Source: Harriotta raleighana
Taxonomy: Eukaryota
Assembly (NCBI GenBank): GCA_050575255.1
Contig: JBNZDD010013634.1
Coordinates: 2,725,046-2,789,045 of the forward strand
Direction of reading: 5' to 3'
Length of the DNA: 64,000 bases
The notes beneath the pieces are model-generated. The model was not told where the DNA came from. It searched no databases and worked only from the letters and a program-made list of their open reading frames with translations. Shown in pieces: positions 26,511 to 39,727 of this stretch. How positions within the stretch are numbered: the first letter of the stretch is position 1; each line of letters starts with the position of its first letter. The translations under genes were made by a program, and so were the position numbers.

Positions 26511-27815
26511 TTTTAGACTGTCACTACACTTTACGGTACATCTTGTCAAGCACTTGCAGATGTGAAAGGCAAACATGCAAGACTACATCAAATGCAAGGA
26601 TTATTACGATTAAGATATTACACTGCATAATTGTGCTCAGTGGTAACCAGTCTAATTGATAAAAGCAATGCAGTGCCTTTTCGCAATCTGATCGCACTGA
26701 AAGTTAAAACACAATTTCTACAAGGCACAAACATGTCGGCGGAGAATATGCCAACATCCACTAGAATTTGGCCCAAAGATTAGCTCTTTAGAGTAAATTT
26801 AGAGCACATTGCAGTGGAATAATAATTATGTGCCAACACATCTGCCAACAGTTAAAATGATGGCAGATCAGAAGACTGATAATAGCACTGCAAGGCCAAG
26901 TGTTCTTTGTTGAATTATTAGCACGAGTACCAAGAAAAGTCGCTGTTTCAAACTACAAGCATCTTCGAGCATTGCATAGCTGTCCGCAATAGTGGACTTC
27001 AGTGCCAGCACCTACAAGAGGCACAGCAAATAAATAAATAAGCGTACAAGCAGTTTGAGATTTCATCTCTTAATCCGCATGGAAATAATTCTACTAAATC
27101 TGACCTGTCAGATACAGGCAGAGGATCCCGTGCACTCGTTTGACACATTATAGATGAGGTGTTTTTTTCTGCAAAGTGTAAGAACCGAATTGTTGGCTGG
27201 AAAACCAAGAAGAATTCCCTACTCCTGTTGAGTTGTGGGATTATTTGTGCCCACCTGAAGAGGGAAACCAGACAATGATTGCAAATCTTGTCTAAAGGTT
27301 GGCACCTCTGGCAATGCAGATTTCTCCCAGTTCTGGGATTCGAAGATCAAGTGTCTTGGAACATCCCAATACCTTGGGACACCCACTCCCCACCAACATG
27401 AAAGGTGTTATACAAGTGTCATCTGTTGTTGTTGTGTCAGAGCTTGTAGCTCAGTACAGGTATGTGACTGAGCAACTTAAAGGTAAACGTTCAAAACGAA
27501 GTGAGGAGGGCAGGGAGAGAGGAAAGAGACGGCAAAAAGAGGGATCAGAGAGAAAATACGGGTTTGGCAACTTCCGAGCAAGTCTGATCAAGTTGTCATT
27601 GACTGTATAAGTAGAGATAAACTGTACATTTAAAGTTGATTTTTATTCCTTCTGAATGGCAGAAACACCAATTGAAACACAATTGGAAGTTTTTTTCTGC
27701 TCACCAACTTAAACCCACCTGACAGATTGTTATGATTATTTTCCTTTGTAAATTTTATTATCCAAGGTACTTGGTAACACATTGCAAACTGGGATTTTTA
27801 AAATTTTTGTTTTAC

Positions 27816-27975
27816 CTTGGTCCGAAACACGGTTGCAAATTTGGTTACATTCTTCTGCGCTGGTAACACGAACGGACGTCAGCAGTTTGACTCCACTACT
27901 TTGTAAATTGTTGGTGGAGCTCTCAGACAAAGAGGAGATTAATAATGAGAGGAAGAGGACAGAAGACGTCCACAT
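27816..27975 (-). CDS. C11orf24: C11orf24 homolog, coding exon 1 (signal peptide + start of Cys-rich domain)
   Basis: ATG at 27975 gives MWTSSVLFLSLLISSLSES..., resembling the human C11orf24 N-terminus as I recall it (MWTALVLIWIFSLSLSES). Exon acceptor tttatttttcag at 28049-28051; donor CAAG|GTAAAA after 27816 (phase 1). Confidence 0.9.
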
Positions 27976-28761
27976 TGTTTTGGAGAAATCCAAACAAAGC
28001 CTTTACACAGCTGATTTAAAGAGGCCCACTGGTTGCTCCTCGCTGAGTCTGAAAAATAAATAAAAAGAGTTTTAGACCAACAGCTACTGAAGGTAACAAG
28101 TTAACCTCTATTAATCCAAAGCCTGACCACTTTTGCAGCAGAATTCTAGATGAACAGACTGTGATCCTGGGCTCGAGTCCCAACATCAATTAACATTTGA
28201 ACGTAGCTATCCCCAAAGGGAAAGGTCTTCAGTTCTCATGCAGGCCACTTAAAGATTAAGCATCTCACAGTGGCACTGACTGCGTCTCAGATGGAGAAGG
28301 AGGGAAAGTTTTGCTATCCTGGACAATCACAGCCTCCTTTTAGCTGAAATAGACCATCACTGACAGAAAGGAATACGTACATCTGTGTTGCAGATGGTCC
28401 CCATCCCGCACAGATTGTTGTAAAGCAATATAAAAGCAAGTAGGTTGCATTGATGACTTGAAGAGGGAATTAAACGAATACAGGACCGCAAAATGAATAA
28501 AAAGGAAACATATTTGAAGTGAGTGAAAGACATTCAACCCGAACTCCACAGTAACCCCATCATCCTATGCTGACCTTTTGCCACCACTGTAGCTCAATTT
28601 CTGAATCACTTTTACACAATACAGAGAATTCAGCAGACGAGCAATAAAACAGCGTTACGCGTAGATTCAGTCTATAGCGGGGGATGTACAGTAGGTCCAA
28701 AAAAAGTTGACCTTAGTCAGGGTCACGATCATAGTAGTTCCAAGACATGTCACCGAAACTG

Positions 28762-31233
28762 CTTTTGACACAAACAACAACAGCAAATTTACACTTGTAT
28801 AACACCTTTCACACGTCAGGAGGACGTCCAAAGGCGCTGGACAGCAATTTCAATTCTGCAGGAATACCTGTTTTGGGAGCGCTGCTTATTCAACAGATTA
28901 ATTCAACCTCCATCTTAATCATGTTCCTGAGGCTGGCCAGTCGATAGATCATATTGATAGCATTTGGATTTTTAATTCAACAAAAAATCATGGAAATACA
29001 GCAACAGTAAGAGAGCAATGATGACACTGCTAAGCTGCTGGTGCGGAGCAGATATGAAATAGTCCAACAAGACTTCGAGGATGACTCAAGAGTGCCCTCT
29101 ACTGGGAAAACATCAAATTCCTTCTGCTCAAACCTCTTGTTCTATCTACCTCACAGGAGAGCGAATTCAGTCAAACTAAATAATCTCACAACAAATTTTC
29201 CTACAGCCATAAGTAAATTCCACCTTGCCTTAGCCTGCAAGACCTTTTTAAGTTATTTCGCACAAAATTCTTGAATTCAGTTTTAATTCAGACGTCTGTT
29301 CCTTTTAAGAATGACGTGAGAACCGTATCCCAAGTGAAGTCTGAACATAGCAATTTTACACAATTCTGCACCATGTTAACTTTAAAACAAAATGGTCTAA
29401 CAGATGAAAATAGGTGAAATTTGGTGTGGTTAACAGGCAATTATGTTTCAAATAATTTTTAAAAAATATTTGAGAGTTGTCCCATTTCAGCTGAGAACAT
29501 TTCTGGCTCATGTACAATATTATTTTAGTTCCAAAAACCAATCTTCAGACGTTAGCTCATTTGCCTGTGGTAAATTGAGCTGGTTTCAAACATCTTGGGG
29601 GTTTGGAGACAGGAAGCAATGAATTTTCGGTCACTTGAAACTTTGAATTTCAAGCTTTTGATCAGGAGTAGGGCATTCAGCATTTTGAGCGTGTTCCACC
29701 ATTCTATTAAATCATGGCTGATTTGGGGGGAAATTAGAATGGGATTCTAATATCACACACACAAAACCTGCACAATGCGAAAGAGCCATGTCCAGACAGG
29801 TGAACAAGATTTAACAAATTTAAAGAAAGAAAGAAACGATTTGCAAATGCAAGATTAAATCCTTACAAAGACATAATCCAGTGTTGAAATCACTGATTAT
29901 CTGATGATCAATGGAATCTGTATCTCCTGCTCCAGGTAAAGCCACAAAATCAAAGCAAATTTTGATCTGAATGGCTAACAATAAGTGTAAAGGGGAANCT
30001 TTTGACACAAACAACAACAGCAAATTTACACTTGTATAACACCTTTCACACGTCAGGAGGACGTCCAAAGGCGCTGGACAGCAATTTCAATTCTGCAGGA
30101 ATACCTGTTTTGGGAGCGCTGCTTATTCAACAGATTAATTCAACCTCCATCTTAATCATGTTCCTGAGGCTGGCCAGTCGATAGATCATATTGATAGCAT
30201 TTGGATTTTTAATTCAACAAAAAATCATGGAAATACAGCAACAGTAAGAGAGCAATGATGACACTGCTAAGCTGCTGTGCGGAGCAGATATGAAATAGTC
30301 CAACAAGACTTCGAGGATGACTCAAGAGTGCCCTCTACTGGGAAAACATCAAATTCCTTCTGCTCAAACCTCTTGTTCTATCTACCTCACAGGAGAGCGA
30401 ATTCAGTCAAACTAAATAATCTCACAACAAATTTTCCTACAGCCATAAGTAAATTCCGCCTTGCCTTAGCCTGCAAGACCTTTTTAAGTTATTTCGCACA
30501 AAATTCTTGAATTCAGTTTTAATTCAGACGTCTGTTCCTTTTAAGAATGACGTGAGAACCGTATCCCAAGTGAAGTCTGAACATAGCAATTTTACACAAT
30601 TCTGCACCATGTTAACTTTAAAACAAAATGGTCTAACAGATGAAAATAGGTGAAATTTGGTGTGGTTAACAGGCAATTATGTTTCAAATAATTAAAAAAA
30701 AATATTTGAGAGTTGTCCCATTTCAGCTGAGAACATTTCTGGCTCATGTACAATATTATTTTAGTTCCAAAAACCAATCTTCAGACGTTAGCTCATTTGC
30801 CTGTGGTAAATTGAGCTGGTTTCAAACATCTTGGGGGTTTGGAGACAGGAAGCAATGAATTTTCGGTCACTTGAAACTTTGAATTTCAAGCTTTTGATCA
30901 GGAGTAGGGCATTCAGCATTTTGAGCGTGTTCCACCATTCTATTAAATCATGGCTGATTTGGGGGGAAATTAGAATGGGATTCTAATATCACACACACAA
31001 AACCTGCACAATGCGAAAGAGCCATGTCCAGACAGGTGAACAAGATTTAACAAATTTAAAGAAAGAAAGAAACGATTTGCAAATGCAAGATTAAATCCTT
31101 ACAAAGACATAATCCAGTGTTGAAATCACTGATTATCTGATGATCAATGGAATCTGTATCTCCTGCTCCAGGTAAAGCCACAAAATCAAAGCAAATTTTG
31201 ATCTGAATGGCTAACAATAAGTGTAAAGGGGAA
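28762..31233. repeat. Near-identical 1.24-kb tandem duplication across gap n29998, probable assembly artifact
   Basis: 28762-29997 vs 29999-31233, with few differences. Confidence 0.9.
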
Positions 31234-31744
31234 AGCTGCTGACTTGGTATTTAGATTTTATCATGCTTACATTTTTTTTTTTTTAAATCTTGCTTTGAGT
31301 TTGGGTCCATTTCTTTGATTTCAGTGCCTCTCTCCCCATACTTTACAAAAGGTTTTTCTGTACAAACAAAACTCAGACCGTACCTATTCCTAGCAAAGTT
31401 TACCCCATCTATCCCAGCAGACATGGCAAGACAAGACATAGACAACGTAAATCATAATTAGCACACTTTTATCGTGTATTTGTAATTCCTGCTGTCTATG
31501 CCCTGAGGAACTAGGGCATCAGCTTTGTGGCTAAATTGCTTGCTGTGGGATTTGACAACATTCTGTCAAACATCTGGATGAAAAGAAAAAAACATGACAT
31601 GGGAGACGATTAAATGGCCCATTGATTTTCAACACTGAAATAACACTTATTGTTAGGAGTTCAGATCAAAATTATTCTGGGATGTAATTGAAGTATCTGA
31701 TCAATCAACGACTATCAGCCTCATTATAAATCCATGCTGCACAT

Positions 31745-32020
31745 CACTTGATGTTAAACCAAGGTCCCATCTATTCGTTCAGGTGAATGTTGAAGATCCC
31801 ATGGCACTTTCAAAAATGGAAGCAAGTTTCTCCAAGAGTCCTGGTCAAAACCCCACCAAATAACAATTGGTCACTCACTTCATGGTTGTTTGTGGCACCT
31901 TGCTCGGCTGCCGAGTTTCACCCACAGAATATACAGTCACTCCACTTTGCAGTGTATCCTCGGAAGTGCTTTGAGACTTCTCAATGACGTGATAAGGCAC
32001 GATATCCAGTGTAATGATTA
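31745..32020 (+). mobile_element. Older DeuSINE (SacSINE1-like) fragment
   Basis: gatgttaaaccaagg...ttcaggtgaatgttgaagatcccatggcactttc...gtcctggtcaa resembles the Deu domain. Confidence 0.65.
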
Positions 32021-32656
32021 TAACAAACTCAACATTTCATCCTTTGTGCACAGAATTCCACAAAGTCAGTATTAAAAAAAGTGATACAGCTTTTTAATTA
32101 CGTTATTGAATATTACCAAAATAGCCACAGAGTAAACGATTACTTTTTTTTCACCTGGAGAATTAAAGCCAGGACACTGGGAAAAACTCTGTTTGCATTT
32201 TGAGAAATGCCACAAATTTCTTTAAGGTCTGCATGATTATCTCATCCACAGGACGACACCATCAACAACGCCGTGGTCTCCCAACACTGCAATAGAGTGT
32301 CAGCCAACATTGTGAGTTCAAAGCGAATGGAGACTCACACCATTCAGTGGAGAACACAGGCAGGAGAAATAATACCATCAGTACAGGATGCAGATTATCT
32401 TGGATTATCAGTCAGAATATTAGAGTGCAGGGAGCTCTTGCATTGTTGATGTAAATGGTGAACTCATTCATTATGAGCGACCTCAGTTTTAATCTGAAGT
32501 AGTCACAGATCATTTTGATTTAGACGAATGAGGAATTCTTAAGTCCAGCTTTCACTATAACAACAACATAATTACATTTATAGAGCGCCTTTCACGTCAG
32601 GAGGACATGCCAAGGCACTGAAACAATTTAAGATTAAAAAAAAGCTGTTTACTCAC

Positions 32657-32754
32657 CAAGAAAAGATCTGTAAATATCAAGCTGTTCATTAATCCCAGTG
32701 ACACCCGAGAATCAATGGGAAGTAGAATAGTGATGCAGGTTCTGGATAAGGTGC
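32657..32754 (-). other. Candidate non-coding 5'UTR exon of C11orf24
   Basis: Donor TTG|GTGAGT; acceptor tgactcattgcattgccag|; lies between the putative promoter and coding exon 1. Confidence 0.4.
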
Positions 32755-33669
32755 CTGGCAATGCAATGAGTCAACAGCTTAGAACCAGATCTTATAATGA
32801 AGCTTCACATATCATTTGTTGAGCATCCAACTCAATATATTTTATTTTGAGAATAAAACTTCTTAATTGAGAGAACACATTCCACTGTGACACAAGGAAA
32901 TAAAATTATAAGGAAATGCAATTAAGGAAATAAAAACTGCTGAGCAGTTCTGTTTAAAAACACAAAATTTGTTTGTAAAGCCAGCAACAGATATTGTTCT
33001 GCATAATAAGGTACAGTCTCCATTTCAGGGCAGTCTTGTAAACTCCTCAAAGAGGCCACAACTGCTTTTCATAAACATTGCCTGGATTAAAACTCTCCCT
33101 TGTAACCAATGAGAGGCAGAACTTTAGGTTCAGTGTAACAGACTCCTGGTGTAACGCATATAGTAGCGTACTGTATATTTGAATACTCTGAAGCACAGTG
33201 ATTCATTTCCGCATGTGTCTCAGACCTGACCAAAAATAAACACAATCCAAACACATTGTTCTGCCAAGGACAGCTTTAAGGGAAGATGTACCAGAATATA
33301 ATAGAAGAGTATAATTTTGCCCTCTCCCAACTTCTGGTTATCAAGCCAGTGTAACTCAAGATAACATTGTGGTAGTTTGGAGGTGTGGAGGAGCAGATGA
33401 GAAAGGAACTCAAATCATTTAATTAATAATCTCTGGAAAAAATCATTTACATGCACAGCAAACCAATTGGAGAGAAATAGATTTATTCTGTCTGACGAAG
33501 TGGACCATCGATGTCCACTTAGATCATCGAGGGAAATAATCTAAATATTNATTTACATGCACAGCAAACCAATTGGAGAGAAATAGATTTATTCTGTCTG
33601 GCGAAGTGGACCATCGAGGTCCACTTAGATCATCGAGGGAAATAATCTAAATATTACAATATGATGATA

Positions 33670-33836
33670 ATTTGTTCACACAATCCACTACTGTTCCTGG
33701 GACACAGCTGTGTGCAATTGGCTGCCACATTTCAGCCACAAAACACAGCCACTAGACTTTACATTATATTCTGTAAAGAGCTTTGAAGACATGATAACAT
33801 GCTATATCAAATGCAAGATTATTATTATTTTATTAT
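33670..33836 (+). mobile_element. Truncated SINE
   Basis: Body and tail of the same family. Confidence 0.75.
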
Positions 33837-33918
33837 TCTATCAGTAGAGATGGATACCAATTTTCTATGGCTGATGGTAACGTGGATCACAGCAGGATGA
33901 AAATGATACCTCACTTAC

Positions 33919-34170
33919 AGTGAGACAAACGTGGTGCATTGCACCCCAAGCATTTGTACAAAACAGACGATGTCCAAAGTCCGACACATGTCTCTACAAA
34001 TTATGGCATGATGGAGTTTTACAGACAGCTCTTTTTTCTAGACCAGAGCCCCCAAAGCAATTGAAACATCGCCCCCACACTAAATGAATCCCCCCTACCA
34101 CCGCCCAACTGCTCGCCCCTTTGACGGATGATTGGCACAAGTGATTTTGAGAAGATTCGCCTCCAATTAA
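33919..34170 (-). promoter_or_regulatory. Candidate C11orf24 promoter and first exon
   Basis: GC box ccgccc at 34101-34106; CCAAT motifs at 34131-34135 (- strand) and 34163-34167 (+ strand); locally more CpG; donor ACT|GTAAGT after 33919. Confidence 0.5.
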
Positions 34171-34416
34171 CCTAGATCCTTCCAAACGCACAAGTAGTGG
34201 AATCGGGGATAGAGTTTGACTGAAGCCATATCGATTCCAAGCTCTCCTAATTTGTCCATTTGATCAACGGGTTTCTTTTTGGTCTTTCCATTGAGGTCCC
34301 AGAGCGAACAGCGAATGTCACAGGGACAAGTTTTGATCGTCCAAGCCTCCTCTTCTATGAAGCATACAAATTACTTTATTTGGTAGCAGAGTGGATTCGA
34401 GCTTCCTGATTTCATC

Positions 34417-34439
34417 GAGAGAGAGAGAGAGAGAGAGAG
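34417..34439. repeat. (GA)n microsatellite
   Basis: Direct read. Confidence 0.95.
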
Positions 34440-36164
34440 GCCAGCCTGAGGCTCAAATAACCCGCCAGCAGGCACTGTCAAAGCTCAAACTTTTAATAGA
34501 TACTTGGACAAGGAACAGTGGTGGTCAACCCAATAGGACCAGTAGAAGAAACAGACAAGTCGAAAGTGTCGAGGGAATGTTTGAAAAGTGGGAGACAATT
34601 AGAATAAAGAATTCATTGGAAGAAACTTTAAATGTCGTGTATCGATAATAATGAAAAGATTCGCCAAAACAATTAAAAATAAATACTCTCTCTTCCTCTT
34701 GTACAAAGCATGATGATGTACCTGTTTTGCAGGCCTGCCCTGAGCTAACAACAACAACGAAAACAACAAAATTACACTTGTATAGCGCCTTTCACATCAG
34801 GAGGACGTCCCAAAGTGCCGAGCTAAAAGGAGGAAGCTACGATACGCACCATTGCCCAGATCCTTAATTGCTCCCTCCACTCACAACAGGATCCAGCACA
34901 TAAGACGGATATATAATTCACTGAAAATAAATACAATAAAAGCGATATGCGTGTAATAAACTCTAATTCCTCTCCATGCCTTTGTGTGCTGGCAGTATTC
35001 CCAGTTGTTTTGCGCTGAATCTTATTTCAGACAGAAAGTATAGCTATATAACAGGTATAAACCCCATATCATAATGTCATATGGCATGCTGGCATGCTTT
35101 GTATAATATATACTGGTTCAATAAGGTATCCTGGACTTTCTTGCGACTCCTGAGTTGCTTGCTGTACACTACATTCTGAATTTACTCCAGTGATAGTCCA
35201 TTTTGATTTCTATATTTTCAGAGAACCAAAACCAACATCGAATGGCTTCGGAGCGTTGGCAGGAATGTGCAGGCCATCAAAGGCACCGGCTAATCAACAG
35301 CAAAAATGATCAGAAATACTTCCAGTAACCTAATAATCTGGCATTTGATATAGCGCCTTATCAAGGCAAAATATCTCAGTGAACCACACAGGTAATCGCT
35401 CCCAGCTTGTGTGAGTAAATATGCCAGTGAGGTCCCACTAACAGCCATGAGGTGAATGACCAAAGATGAGGAACTGTTGACCAGGATGCTTTGTCATATG
35501 TCCTCCGAGCTTAATTGGTGGCAAGCACTGAGTTGCAAGCCCCACACTGGGACTCATTCAGTCTAGGATGACACTCCACTGCAGTGACTGAGACAAAAAT
35601 CAGTCTGACTGAGAAATCCACAGTGAGTGACTGTGTTTTGTTAAATAGATTTTTTTTTTAACCTATATCTGGTTGCTCTGTGAAGGTGCTTGCACTATGG
35701 TTCTGGGCGAAGAGGTGTTTGACCCAGCCCTGATGAAGGAACAGTGATATACTGTATCAAGATGGTAGAGGTGATCCCATGGAACCACTACGGCAGTGAA
35801 TGAGCCATTAGTTTCACTGACAAATCCACAGTGAAAGTGGATGGGAAGACCCACAGTTTCAGTTAAATAGATGTTGGTATTCAAATAGAGCGTGACTGAA
35901 TTAAGAGTTTGTTTGCTACGGGGTTGAGCACAGCATGAAAGTGCAAAAGGGTCTGTTCACTTGGGATTGCGATGCCTTCTAACTCGCATTAAGGAGCAGT
36001 ATAGAATTGCTCATTGAATAACTGTTACTTAAAGCCAAAAGCATTTACTGTAGTTTGGAGAGAACGTTTGGGATATTTTCACAATGAAATTGATTTAATG
36101 AATGTGAAATCAAATGCTACCAATTAACCCCTCATCAACATATGATTAGCATGGTTAGTTTTGC

Positions 36165-36461
36165 AATGGATAGAGCACTCACCTAACAAGCGTGAGACAT
36201 ATGTTCTAATCCAGGGCAAAACCTTGGGCAAATTTCCTTACTCCACAAGCCTAAAAATAATCCCTTACAAAAAGCAATAATAAAAAAAATTGGTCATTTC
36301 AATCCACGTCTGTTTGTGAGACACTGCTGTGTGCAATTGGTTGCCACGTTTCGCCCACAAATATACGTCAATTCACTTTACAGCATATTCTGTGAAGTGC
36401 TTTGAGACGTCTAAAAGGAGTGAAAAGCACTAGATCAAATGCAAGGATTATTATTATTATA
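36165..36461 (+). mobile_element. tRNA-derived SINE
   Basis: Same family, near full length. Confidence 0.9.
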
Positions 36462-37472
36462 ATTCTCCCATAGTATATATGTTGATGCCACAAAAGCACA
36501 ATTCCTGTTTGTGGGATCACTCAGCTGCATCAAAGAAATATTATTATTATTTTTTAATTATTAAATAACTCTCCTTAAAATGACTAAGTCACTGCCAGGT
36601 ATTCATCAGCACAGCGATGCAAATTTTTTCACTGTACAATATAACAATAGTAAATATATTTTTTCAGGCAATTGAGCACAGTGGGTAAAGCCTGATCTCA
36701 GAAGAGGTCATACATATAGTACAATGATTGGTTTTATGTTTAATAAAGAACAAGCAAACACAAAGTATACGAAAATCTTGCACTCATGTTTCTTTGGACG
36801 AAATCGTGGGTGTGAGACACACAGATATCAACCTCTCCATCATTTTCTAACTCCCCAAAAAATGACTGGCAAAGATTTCAAGAAGCAGATCAGCAGCTGG
36901 TACTGCTAACCCGAGTCAAATGACCTACTTTACGCTTCGATTATTTGCAAGCTGTGTGCGTGAGTTATCAGATGTGGCACATTTTAATTATTCTGCCCAA
37001 CCATGCGCGTACGCATACACACATACACACTCACACACGTTTAAAATTTATACCAATTCATTTGAACTCATTTACATTTTGTGTTGTAAATCGCTTTGTG
37101 TGGCAGCTAATGGTGCAGAATGTACACAACATCCCTCCCAGACAGATAATAATAATAATAATAATANTTTGTGTGGCAGCTAATGGTGCAGAATGTACAC
37201 AACATCCCTCCCAGACAGATAGGCTTGTGAGTGAGCTGCAGAGCTATTGCTCTGTTAATTCCCTGATAGGGTTAAACACCTAATTAAATCCATTCCGCAT
37301 CGGAACAAATAAATCAGCTGATCAGCGAGTGGCACTTACCAACCTAAGTGAGGAGGAGGGGGTGGAGGAAGGGAGGTGACGAGGAGAGTGATCAATATGG
37401 CTCTTCAAAGCATATGTCCTAACTGGCGATGATTGTATAGCAGTCCCTGCTGGTGGAAACAGACAACTCCAT

Positions 37473-37632
37473 AATAATAAATAAGAATCCTTGCATTTGA
37501 TACGGTGCTTTTCACGTCTTCTAGACGTCTCAAAGCACTTCACAGAATACTGTACGCTGTAAAGTGAATTGACTGCATATACAATACATGGATGAAATGC
37601 AGCAGCCAATTGCACACAGCAGTATCCCACAT
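37473..37632 (-). mobile_element. Truncated SINE
   Basis: Tail and body of the same family. Confidence 0.8.
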
Positions 37633-38029
37633 ACCATAATCTACAGCAAGCAAATTGATGTTTAGTTTTGCTATAAGACGGAGTGGCATCACAGAGATCA
37701 AACGTGAAATGCACATTTCTGCCAGTAAATTGTCTGAGTATTTCACTAAATTTAATACAGTAAATCTTCTGAAACTTTCAGCCACTATGCCCCGAAATCT
37801 GGAACACTCTTCCTCTATCCTCTCTTCCTTCCTTCCCCATTTTCAGGTCAAACCTAAAGACCCTCCTATTCAACTGTGCCTAGGTCACCTCTCTCTCCCT
37901 CTGGCACTGCCACTGTTAAGCGCTCTGGGATGCTACCTTGTGTAAATGCAAATTATTGAGACAAAATACAGTAACCAAAACCACTATTGTTCTTGAAATA
38001 CAAGATGTCTGACACATCCACAATAATAC

Positions 38030-38347
38030 TGTAATAATAAGAATCCTTGCATTTGATAATGCGCTTTTTACATCTTCTAGACGTCTCAAAGCGCTTCACA
38101 GAATATACTGTAAAGTGAATTGACTGTATATTTTGGGGTGAAACGTGGCAGCCAATAGCACACAGCAGTGTCCCACAAAAAGTCGTGGATTGAAATGACT
38201 AATTTATTATAGTTTTTTGGGGGGAGGGATTATTATTAGGCATGTGGAGTCAGGAAACTTGGCCAATGTTTTGCCAGTGCCTGGAATCGAAACACAGGTC
38301 TCACACTTGTAAGGCGGGTTCTCTAACCACTGAGCTACAGGACTCCA
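38030..38347 (-). mobile_element. Full-length tRNA-derived SINE
   Basis: Same family. Confidence 0.9.
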
Positions 38348-39107
38348 CCAATAGTCAAAAATTAATTGCCATATTTTACATTTTGAATTTAGGTTTTTGC
38401 AGAGAAATGGAGCTAGAATTTTTTTTTGCAGCAGATAGAACCTGCTACTTACATTTCAGTGTACTGTATTTGGTACCAAACCTTGCTGATTTGTGAATTA
38501 ATTGATCAAATACAAAAGATAAGTACGTCAAGAAGTTTCCCACAATCTATGTACAATACATTTTTTTTGAAAATGGCACTGACAAAGCATCCAAAGAGAC
38601 ATATTGTATAGATTTCAGGAATTCATTAAAAAAAATTATAGATCCACAAAACATTTGCCCAAATGGAGGCAAATAACTGAAATTAATGGCTATTTCAAGT
38701 TTCACTTCATTCACTTGTTGATATTTAATAATCTTTGCATTTAGTGTTTAGCCTTAGCACTTTGTTAAAATGTCTAAAAGTGCTTCACAAAATACATTGC
38801 AAATTGACTATGTATTTTGTGGGTGAAATGCGGTTAAAATGTACCTTCAATTAGAGAGCGAATTGGAATTGATCAAAAGCAGACTGAAAACAGGAACTGG
38901 TAACAGACTTAACTAGGTGTGAAATGCTCAATTTAGTCTAATCCAGTTAAATCAATGCAATATTCATTTGTTCAAATTGATCAGAAGCAGACACCAGATT
39001 TAAACAATGTGTGACACACTCCATTTATTCCCCTTTAACTCAGCAAAACAAACATTAGTATCCATTTTAAAACTGAAACAGTGAAAAATTAACTACATTT
39101 CTGTCAA

Positions 39108-39450
39108 AATAATAATCATAATAATCCTTGCATCTGATATAGTACCTCATCACATCTTCAAGACATCTTAAAGGGCTTCACAGAATATACTGTGAAATGA
39201 ATTGACTATACTGTATTTTGTAGGTGAAATACGGCAGATAATTATGCACAGTAGTGTCCCACAAACAGTTGTGGATCGAGTGATCAATTTGTTATTGTTA
39301 TTTTTGAAGAAATTATTACCCCTAGAAAAGAGATCTGACATTCGGTCAGCAACTGGGTTCCCAGGTACAGTAGTAAACAGAGGTGTGTGGAGTAAGAAAA
39401 CTTGCCCAAAGCTTTGCCCTACTGGGAATCGAAGCCAGGTCTCTCGATTA
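39108..39450 (-). mobile_element. SINE, longer variant with extra internal segment
   Basis: Same family plus a segment ending agtaaacagagg; truncated copies also at ~39822-39950(-) and ~40530-40640(+). Confidence 0.8.
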
Positions 39451-39499
39451 CAAGACAAGTACCACACACCAGCAAACACTAAATTTGGAATAGGGTTAG

Positions 39500-39727
39500 G
39501 TAGATTTCTGGAATTCTCTCCCTCCAAAAGGTCATGGATGCTGGATCCATCCACATCTTCAAGAGTGAGGTTGATAAATTTTTGGTAGGTCGGGGTATTA
39601 AGGGATTCGGGGTGAAAGCGGGAAATTGGAATTGAAATAATAAGAGACACAGATCAGCTATGATCTAAATAAATGGCGGAACTGGCTCTATGAGCTGAAC
39701 AGGCTATTCCTGTTCCTGTGTTCCTAA
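39500..39727 (+). mobile_element. CR1-type LINE 3' end
   Basis: tggaattctctccct...ttcaagagtgaggttgataaatttttg...agatcagctatgatct..aatggcgga...cctgttcctgtgttccta resembles CR1 3' ends. Confidence 0.7.

Noticed and set aside
33491-33525. CTGACGA followed by hairpin AGTGGAC/GTCCACT, hammerhead-like
   Set aside because: No GAAA box after the stem and no stem I; the duplicate copy reads CTGGCGA.
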